NCBI GenBank assembly: GCA_937625935.1 | Contig: OW569349.1 | Location: forward strand, 372,001 to 436,000 | Source of the DNA: Tetramitus jugosus | Taxonomy: Eukaryota; Protista; Heterolobosea | Direction of reading: 5' to 3' | DNA: 64,000 nt | Program-made: the position numbers and the translations under genes | The notes under the pieces: model-generated | Database searches by the model: none | What the model was told of the DNA's origin: nothing | The model's input: only the letters and a program-made list of their open reading frames with translations | Shown here: positions 56,691 to 64,000 of the stretch, one piece after another | Numbering within the stretch: position 1 is the first letter of the stretch | Layout: each line of letters starts with the position of its first letter

Positions 56691-58424
56691 TTACAATTGT
56701 CTTGCCTTTTTCACGATTTCAATAAAAGCTTTTGCTCCCTTGCGAAGAGTTCTCTTCATAGTGTTTCTGTCCAGACGGTACAATCCAAACTGCATGTCGA
56801 ATCCCAAGTTCCATTCCCAACTATCAGTCAGAGTGTAGTGCATGTAACCAATAACATTGTGTCCCTCTGAAATGGCCTTGCTCACCGCGTACAAGTATCT
56901 GCGTATAAACAAGTCTCTATAGTAGTCCATGTGATCAGCAATGCCATTCTCTGTAATCATGATTGGTTTCTTGAGTATCGTACTTGCTTCGACAATGGCT
57001 CGATAGATACCTTCAGGGTACATGGGAAAGTGAGGCATATCAGTCATCGAGTCCTTGTCCAATTCGATAAACTTGTGCTTGGCTGTAGGGGAGAACTGAG
57101 CATACACATTGCCATAGTAGTTGATACCAAGAAAGTCGAGCGCACCGATGGCTTTGGGATCTTCGTATTTTAGATCCACTGATCCAGGTTCAGAGAAATG
57201 AAACACTCCTGTGCTGAGGAACGTGAGGAGACAACCACGATAACCATTGTTGACCATGGAACTAATCATTCGATCCAGAGTGTTCGTACTGTTGTATGGA
57301 TCGAATTGCATCATGTTCAACACAACTCCCACTTGAGCTTCCTGTTCAACAATGGTTTTGGTGATTGGTGTTGTTGCAGAAAGACTCTTGAGATACTGCT
57401 GATCCAATTCCTTGAGTCTGTGATAGAGAGCCACATGTGCCTGAATCATGTTCTTCATGACAATGGCAGCCCTCTTGGAATCCTTGACACCTGGTGGCCA
57501 TACTCCTTGTTGATACCCCTGAAGAGCATAGACGTTGACACCGTTCATGGTGATCCATCTCTTGACCTTGGATCGAAACTCTTGGAACAAGAAGACACCA
57601 TAGTCTACAAAGTGCTGCAAATTCTCCTCCTTTTCAAACGATCCCATATCAGTGAACCACAGTGGATCAGTGAGATGATGAATGGTTACGATGGGTTCAA
57701 TACCTCGACTAATCATGTAATCAATGACAGAGTGATAGTGTTGGAGTGCCTCTTGTGAATACTTGCTGGTATGGTTCTTACCATTGTTACCATTATCATT
57801 ATCATTACCACCAGAAGAATAGGAGGAGGATAGTGGTGAGTGTGGCTGCACTCGACTCCATTCTATTGAGAATCGATAACTGTTCAGGTGCAACTCTGAG
57901 CTCATGAGTGCAATATCCGACTGCCACAATCGATAGTGGTCATTGGCTGCACCGCACTGTGAATGATCCACAATAGCCGATGGATTGTTTTGTTCGAATC
58001 GGTACCATTGATTGTTGGTGTTGTGTCCTTCGCACTGGTGGGCACTTGATGCAACACCCCAGAGGAAATTGTCTGGAAAGTGAATGTTACTCAATCGAAT
58101 CTCATTCCAATTCCAGTGCAGTTCATCACCCGCATAGGGATATCTCTTCCTGAGGATGAGATATGTCAGTAGAACAGCTAGTCCTGCCAGTAGTAACGCG
58201 CTCAGCACCACAAGGGAGATGACACTGGACAAGATGAGTAGGACTCGGCGTCCACCATGTCTCTTCTTGTATTCAAGTGTGCTTGTAGTAGGTAACAACA
58301 ATGAACGATCATCCTGATAATGAGTATGAGCGGATGATGTTGTTTCTGTTGTATGATTACCTCTACTACTACCACTATTGGTGTTCTGATAGGCTGTTTG
58401 ATAGTAATTGTTAGATGTAGCCAT
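56691..58424 (-). CDS. Type II membrane glycoside hydrolase family 1 protein (acid/base Glu missing)
   Basis: FPDNFLWGVASSAHQCEG, YRFSIEWSR, ITENG nucleophile, WEWNLG. The expected TxNEP reads TMNGV. N-terminal TM anchor. Confidence 0.92.
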   Translation of the reverse strand: MATSNNYYQTAYQNTNSGSSRGNHTTETTSSAHTHYQDDRSLLLPTTSTLEYKKRHGGRRVLLILSSVISLVVLSALLLAGLAVLLTYLILRKRYPYAGDELHWNWNEIRLSNIHFPDNFLWGVASSAHQCEGHNTNNQWYRFEQNNPSAIVDHSQCGAANDHYRLWQSDIALMSSELHLNSYRFSIEWSRVQPHSPLSSSYSSGGNDNDNGNNGKNHTSKYSQEALQHYHSVIDYMISRGIEPIVTIHHLTDPLWFTDMGSFEKEENLQHFVDYGVFLFQEFRSKVKRWITMNGVNVYALQGYQQGVWPPGVKDSKRAAIVMKNMIQAHVALYHRLKELDQQYLKSLSATTPITKTIVEQEAQVGVVLNMMQFDPYNSTNTLDRMISSMVNNGYRGCLLTFLSTGVFHFSEPGSVDLKYEDPKAIGALDFLGINYYGNVYAQFSPTAKHKFIELDKDSMTDMPHFPMYPEGIYRAIVEASTILKKPIMITENGIADHMDYYRDLFIRRYLYAVSKAISEGHNVIGYMHYTLTDSWEWNLGFDMQFGLYRLDRNTMKRTLRKGAKAFIEIVKKARQL

Positions 58425-59167
58425 GTATGAATGAGTATCTAATGATGTTTGTATGGAGAGATAGATCCTGCCTTGTTAGGTGAAGTATGTTAGTATTTAG
58501 TTTCTTTGCAGGTTGTGGTTTTAGTGAGTCACGTGGGAAAGACAACCGAAAGAGTAAAAAATCTTTGGCCAACCAGATCCAATCATAGAATCCAATGGAA
58601 AAAAGGAACGATGAAAATAGAATACAACTCGTCTGTGGTTCGCGATGTCGGCCCTAAAGTGATTGGAAAGATGGACTGTCCAAAAACTATTGTAGAGGCA
58701 TCTATCATCCTGTTACAACCGGTGAGATTGATTGTTAAAGCATGAGTCTGTGGTCAATATTGCACTGAGTTCAGAGTTCAGTTTAACGCCTGCATGTGGC
58801 AGAGTCCAACCAACAATGGACGAACAATGTTCATCTCAACAGTGCGTACCCATATTCGAATGCATTTCTTTCTTTGGTGAGATTGCACTGCATCTCCTGG
58901 CACTTATCTATCACTGCGAAAAGTCATCCTCGAATGTGGTTTCAATCATTGTATCGTGCCATTTCATCCCTATCCAACATGTACAAGAGAGCGCTTCACA
59001 ATGCGTTCTGTGACTGCACTGTTTTCACCTGAGATGAACTCAGTGTTGGGAAGAGTTACGAATGTTCATCAAACACAAGGGCTTGGTGTCAACGGTATTC
59101 TCAGAAGGAGTTCAGTAGCTGTCGAAGGAAAGACAGCTGGCATTACTTTGTTTCGATTGCTATTTTA

Positions 59168-60724
59168 TTAAGGAACCCTCACCACTCTTCCTGCAAACAC
59201 GACTTGATTGGTGCGTTCATGCTTCAACAAGAACATAAATGGTCGATCAATGATGAAGGTCTTTAGTGGCGATGAAGGTGCAGGAGCGCGGCCCCTTCCT
59301 CGAGCAATGACAGCTGTCGCAGCCGCTGCTGTGGTTCCTTGCTCATCTACCTCAATAACTGTCTTGTGTACAATGTGACTAATGAATAGCTGCAAAGGCA
59401 ATGCATCATCGGACACTCCTTCAAAATTTGCCTTTTCGCGGATGAAAGCATCAGTCGCACCCAAATTCTTCACATGTTCTGCCATTTTGATACTTCCACA
59501 TTCAATCTTGAATTTTGGAATCTGAATGGTCGATAGCTCACATAGTCTTTGTTCCTTGTCCAACTTGTGAGTCGAACAACCATAGTCTCCAAATGTTGTA
59601 TCCGTGTTCCAACCACTACTCGTATTGTTTGAACTGAATTGCTCAAACACTGCAATTTCCAAGTCTCTGAGTCTCTCTGGAGTATTATTCTTTTCACCCT
59701 CTTCATTGTTATCTTGATGGGTGACTGGAAGTAAGAATTGCATACCGAAGTGTCCAGAGTCATACCTCAGTTTCAAACTCTGGAATGACACAGTCTTGTT
59801 CAGAGAGGAACTGAACCATGAGTGATCACCGTACACTGCCTTCTCTTTGAGTCTTCTCATCATTGCAATCTGCTGTTGTTGACCGTTGAACAAGTGGAAT
59901 GGCAATTGTTTGGTGTTGTGTGCCTTGAACAAGTGTTGCCACTTGTCTTTAAAGTACAAGCAGTTGACGAGAACCATGAGAGTGTTGCCATCAATGAACC
60001 CCTGAGGAATCAAATGCTTGATACAACGTCTCGTCTTGTTCTCCACCATTGTATTGATTGCCTGTCTGCACTGTTCTGCATGGAACAGAAAATCCATATT
60101 GAGTACTGCTTTGGTCTGTTGTTGTTGTTGTTGTCGATCACCACTACCATTATTGCCACCATCAACACCAATTGTTCTAGTAGTAGTAGTAGGTGTTTCC
60201 ACCTTGTAATTGTGAATCAAGTTATGAACAAAGTCATCTCTCAATGGGAATTTATTGGAACAGAAGACACTATTCGCCAGATTCATTCCACCTTGTTGCA
60301 ACTGCCATATCAAGTCACGCATCTTTTCATCAACTGATACAGGTGACAGTACATTGGGGAACAAGACTTGATTCAGTTGTTGTCTCGTGTCTCCTCTGGC
60401 ACCATTGCTCAACATGCTCAAAGCAATTTGAATACTGAGTGGAGCAATCAACATGTTGTTCTCCATTGGATGTTCCTTGAGTAGTAGTTCATGATAGATG
60501 CGTCCTGCGAAGACAATATTTTGTTTTGATGTAGAAGTAGCAGTGGTAGTCGTATTTCTCTGGTTGTTGTTGCTGCTGCTGTTGATGTTTGGTCTTTTGG
60601 TGTTGTTCTTGTTGTTGTTGTTGGTGTTGTTGTTGTGATTGCTGTTTGTCCTTGTGGAAGGAGGTGTTGGATAGGGTGGTTGAACCTCAGTGGTGATGCC
60701 AGTCTTGAAATTCTTGTGTTTCAT
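59168..60724 (-). CDS. Intracellular serpin, predicted inhibitory
   Basis: APLSIQIALSML..GARGDT, LVNCLYFKDKW, IPKFKI, EVDEQGTTAAAAT hinge, FIIDRPFMF. No signal peptide. Confidence 0.95.
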   Translation of the reverse strand: MKHKNFKTGITTEVQPPYPTPPSTRTNSNHNNNTNNNNKNNTKRPNINSSSNNNQRNTTTTATSTSKQNIVFAGRIYHELLLKEHPMENNMLIAPLSIQIALSMLSNGARGDTRQQLNQVLFPNVLSPVSVDEKMRDLIWQLQQGGMNLANSVFCSNKFPLRDDFVHNLIHNYKVETPTTTTRTIGVDGGNNGSGDRQQQQQQTKAVLNMDFLFHAEQCRQAINTMVENKTRRCIKHLIPQGFIDGNTLMVLVNCLYFKDKWQHLFKAHNTKQLPFHLFNGQQQQIAMMRRLKEKAVYGDHSWFSSSLNKTVSFQSLKLRYDSGHFGMQFLLPVTHQDNNEEGEKNNTPERLRDLEIAVFEQFSSNNTSSGWNTDTTFGDYGCSTHKLDKEQRLCELSTIQIPKFKIECGSIKMAEHVKNLGATDAFIREKANFEGVSDDALPLQLFISHIVHKTVIEVDEQGTTAAAATAVIARGRGRAPAPSSPLKTFIIDRPFMFLLKHERTNQVVFAGRVVRVP

Positions 60725-61049
60725 AGTTGTTATTATTATACGATTGTGTGTGTCTGTAACGTTCGTTGGTTTCTTCTTCTTCTTGCTGTACTTGCTGATC
60801 TGTTTTCTAAGCTGAGATCTCCCTTAAAAACAAGAGGCGTCACACCCACATGCACCAAAAAACTGCACCTTCACTGAATTTGAGAATCGAACATGTGTGT
60901 TACTTCGAATGTGGATGATCACCCAACTATGAACGATGCTTGCCCAGTTCGTCGTGTCTCGAACAAAGAAAAACCGCGAAAAAGTTTACGAAGAAAACGG
61001 CCACAAAACGAATACAAAAAAGTATCGATTGAAAGTTTGACACACTATT

Positions 61050-61871
61050 TTACTGGTAATAAGATGAGTGACTCGTAGTAGTAGTGGTAGTAGCAGGTCT
61101 GTGCACTCCATAGTTTGGTTCATAGTAATAATGACCATTCAACAAGTATTCTCTCTCTCTCTTTCTTCTGTTTCTCTGACTGGATGAGCAGCAACAACAG
61201 AAACAACTGACGACACAGCACACGGCACACAACAAGACAAGTCCAAGCAACACACTGCATGTAATAATGATGGCCATCGTAGTGCCAAACAGCCACTTGA
61301 GAAGGATTTGAATCCAACTCATATCCACAAATATACCACTCTTCATCTCCACTTCCAACACATTCAAATGAGTGACATTGCTGCTTGCAACATTGGCAAC
61401 AGTCACTACAAAATAAACGGATTGATACATGGATTCGAAACTGGGCATGGAACCATTCTTGTTGTACTCGTGAGGCACTTGAAACCACAATGTTCTATTG
61501 TATGATTGAATATTGAGTGTATGAGCCAGTGAGTCTGGTTGTGTATTGAACAAGACTTGTGGATTTTTTTGAACGATGGAGAATTGATCCTTGGAGAACA
61601 GGTACCAATTACAGGGCACGTCAGAGGAGCAGTGACCATGGATGGATATGTTGTGAACAGTGGTGAATGGTATGCCTGTGACGACTGATGAAAAGTATTG
61701 TGGCTTGAGAGGAACAGTGGCATCGTGATACGTGGTGGTTAAATAGGAGTCATACAATGTTCTTGATTCAATGGCATGAACAACATGTTGTTGTCGAATG
61801 CACAATGTCATGAACAAGAGCGAGAATAATAAAAGTACAGTGGAGGAAGAGGATGAAAAAGGATGATTCAT
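61050..61871 (-). CDS. Type I membrane protein with Cys-rich juxtamembrane cluster, unknown function
   Basis: Signal peptide, ~150-aa ectodomain, long TM segment, then CCVVSCFCCCC and a basic stretch. Confidence 0.7.
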   Translation of the reverse strand: MNHPFSSSSSTVLLLFSLLFMTLCIRQQHVVHAIESRTLYDSYLTTTYHDATVPLKPQYFSSVVTGIPFTTVHNISIHGHCSSDVPCNWYLFSKDQFSIVQKNPQVLFNTQPDSLAHTLNIQSYNRTLWFQVPHEYNKNGSMPSFESMYQSVYFVVTVANVASSNVTHLNVLEVEMKSGIFVDMSWIQILLKWLFGTTMAIIITCSVLLGLVLLCAVCCVVSCFCCCCSSSQRNRRKREREYLLNGHYYYEPNYGVHRPATTTTTTSHSSYYQ

Positions 61872-62081
61872 TGTTGTTGTTGTTTGTTGTTGTTGTTGTT
61901 TGTTGAATGATGATGATGTTTGTGCTTAATGAACAATGTTTGTGTGTTTCGCTTTTTTTTTTCAAGTGTCCGTCTGTTTTGAAGAGACCTCCGTTTGAAC
62001 GCGAAAAACGATCCCCCTTTTCCGGAAAATGTCCGATTTCCTTCCATCCAACGACTGCCCTGTTCCACTTGGCAGCTCAAC

Positions 62082-63980
62082 TCACGTGAACCGTGAATAG
62101 TGAGTTTCGGAAGCAGGTTGACTACTGGAAATGAACTCTGAGCTCTGATCATATGTTGTATCGCCCAACAACTTGCTATGATTCTTCACCTTTGCCGCAC
62201 GTCGCTGCCTCTTCCGTCTCTTTGAACAGCACAGGCCGCAGCATTTGTTGGATCTCCGTTCATTCCAATATCCAATGACATCACTGAGCACAATGACAAC
62301 CACAAACAAAAAGCCCTGCAATGCTGCTGAAATATTATGTGCATACTCGAGGCTCAATGGCACACCATTTCCAATCACAGTCTTAATTCTTCGTACGGAA
62401 GGCGCGATCCAAATGAGAACAAACACAATGGGCAAACCCAATAACTTAATATACAGCCTTAGACTGATTCTCACATGACTAATCAGTGTCTTCCGATTGT
62501 TATTGTTGTTTTGAATGTTCTTGTCTCTGTACGTTGTATTGGTCAATTCATCGTCATCAATGTTTACACTGTGCAAGTCAATGTCATCACCACCGTTGAT
62601 GGTAGATACAGCCATCATTCTGTTGTTTCCGCTGTCATACTCGCTCTCCTCAAAATCGTCATCAACGTATTCTTCATTCAGTGTCTCATCATCATCGAGA
62701 TAGGCATGCGTGATATGAGGATGACTCTTGACATGAATTCTGGATTGAGTAGTCGTATTGAATGGAGAGGCATTGGCAGCAGAAGTGGTGGTAGTTCCAG
62801 CAGTTGAGGAAGCATGTGTACCCATGGATGACAAGTACTGCACTCGAATCAATCGAACACATGCAATCAAGCATGTGCACGTAATGAGAATCATGAATAT
62901 CCACAGAGGTATATAGTATGCAATGAGAATGAGTGATCTGCCCTTTGCTGTCTTTCCACTGATCCAACAATAACTAGCACCATTGGACTCTATTGCACCA
63001 GCTGCAAACGGTATGACAGTGAACACTATGGATACGGACCATGCAAACACATGAGAAGCAATCTCCAATACAATCAAATGATTCCTCCGATTCAACACAA
63101 CAATGTAAAACATCCATACGCTAATGACAAACAACCAACAATACGTGTTGAGACCAAAGAATTGTGTCATGAATGCTTGAAATCTGCATGCTCTCATGGG
63201 CACATTTGCATCCAACCGATTATAAATGAGATTGACAATCGATGTGCTTGCAACGAGCCAATCCGATATCAACAATAGGAAGACGAGACGTGCAATGGGA
63301 CGAGCAAACAAGTAGCATGAACTTGTCATGTCACTCATGAAACTTTTGAATCTTGTTACAAATAATCTACCACCACCGCCACTACCACCACCACCACCAT
63401 CACCACCACTATTACTACTATGACTACTACTATTCTTATTATTGTTAGTCTCATAAAAGTGATACTGATGAGAGTAATAATCACTGTGCTTGTTCTTATT
63501 CTTTGCTGCACAACACGTCGTCACAAACACATTGAGCAGTGATCGATAGGGAAATGTAACCAATGTTCGAATCAATAGATACAGGAGATAGATGAATAGA
63601 GAGACCCATGTGATGATATCACATGTATCGACCAGGTAATCCAACACGACATCATCTGATGGTTCATCATTACTTGTGCCATTATTGTTTTTGTTATTGT
63701 CAGTCTGATTCGTGTTCACTGTGAGATGAAGAGGCAAACTGTTCCAATACAATAGAGAGGAATGCTGTTGATGATTCATGAGTTGTACGATGTCATCATC
63801 AGAATGGTCATCATCATTGTCATGCTGCCTCCGATGATGATTTGATCGTTGTTGTTGAGCATTATAGTACATGATGAGGTCATTGTTATGGCCATGGTGG
63901 TGGATGGAGACATCTGTTGTTGTTGTTCTTGTTGCGATGGGTGATGAGAAAAAATGAGTCGTCATTGGTGATTCATTCAT
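62082..63980 (-). CDS. 7TM GPCR, cAMP-receptor-like (CAR/GCR1-type)
   Basis: Seven hydrophobic segments; ACRFQAFMTQFF...CW, YCWI, YYIPLW, FVLIW.P, LQGF. The frame is open to the window edge, so the start may lie outside. Confidence 0.85.
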   Translation of the reverse strand: MNESPMTTHFFSSPIATRTTTTDVSIHHHGHNNDLIMYYNAQQQRSNHHRRQHDNDDDHSDDDIVQLMNHQQHSSLLYWNSLPLHLTVNTNQTDNNKNNNGTSNDEPSDDVVLDYLVDTCDIITWVSLFIYLLYLLIRTLVTFPYRSLLNVFVTTCCAAKNKNKHSDYYSHQYHFYETNNNKNSSSHSSNSGGDGGGGGSGGGGRLFVTRFKSFMSDMTSSCYLFARPIARLVFLLLISDWLVASTSIVNLIYNRLDANVPMRACRFQAFMTQFFGLNTYCWLFVISVWMFYIVVLNRRNHLIVLEIASHVFAWSVSIVFTVIPFAAGAIESNGASYCWISGKTAKGRSLILIAYYIPLWIFMILITCTCLIACVRLIRVQYLSSMGTHASSTAGTTTTSAANASPFNTTTQSRIHVKSHPHITHAYLDDDETLNEEYVDDDFEESEYDSGNNRMMAVSTINGGDDIDLHSVNIDDDELTNTTYRDKNIQNNNNNRKTLISHVRISLRLYIKLLGLPIVFVLIWIAPSVRRIKTVIGNGVPLSLEYAHNISAALQGFLFVVVIVLSDVIGYWNERRSNKCCGLCCSKRRKRQRRAAKVKNHSKLLGDTTYDQSSEFISSSQPASETHYSRFT

Positions 63981-64000
63981 GAAGAACAATAATAGAATGG

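Noticed and set aside
58425-59167. Short plus-strand ORFs between GH1 and serpin
   Set aside because: No coherent spliced model or recognisable motif; left unexplained.
1-64000. CRISPR arrays, transposons, rRNA or prokaryotic defence systems
   Set aside because: None seen. The repeats are coding microsatellites or the in-frame IQ super-repeat, and the DNA is intron-containing eukaryotic sequence.

Overview
Gene-dense eukaryotic nuclear DNA, not prokaryotic. It has short GT-AG introns (GTATGT/GTAAGT donors, about 60-200 nt), intergenic gaps often under 250 bp, AATAAA signals sitting on or next to stop codons, and many poly-Q/N/S/T/H tracts. The gene set (AK7, DAW1, OSCP1, RIIAD1, myosin I, RasGEF, cAMP-receptor-like GPCR, serpin) suggests a free-living amoeboflagellate protist, possibly heterolobosean; this taxonomy is inference. 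I can support about 27 protein-coding genes, one tRNA-Ser(TGA), one U18-type box C/D snoRNA and two weaker snoRNA candidates. I saw no CRISPR array, rRNA or transposon. The most notable observations are: (1) candidate Mis12 and Dsn1 kinetochore subunits arranged head-to-head across a 198-bp gap that contains an E2F-like site; (2) a small ncRNA cassette with repeated upstream elements inside the DAW1-OSCP1 bidirectional promoter; (3) a plant DRIF-like MYB+DUF3755 protein; (4) a GPI-anchored bacterial-type beta-propeller fused to CBM52-like repeats; (5) a GH1 lacking its acid/base Glu; (6) a roughly 2930-aa CH+IQ-array protein with recent internal duplications; (7) a PsuG-PsuK gene whose fusion depends on 3' splice-site choice. 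All family calls come from motif recognition by eye; no searches were run.
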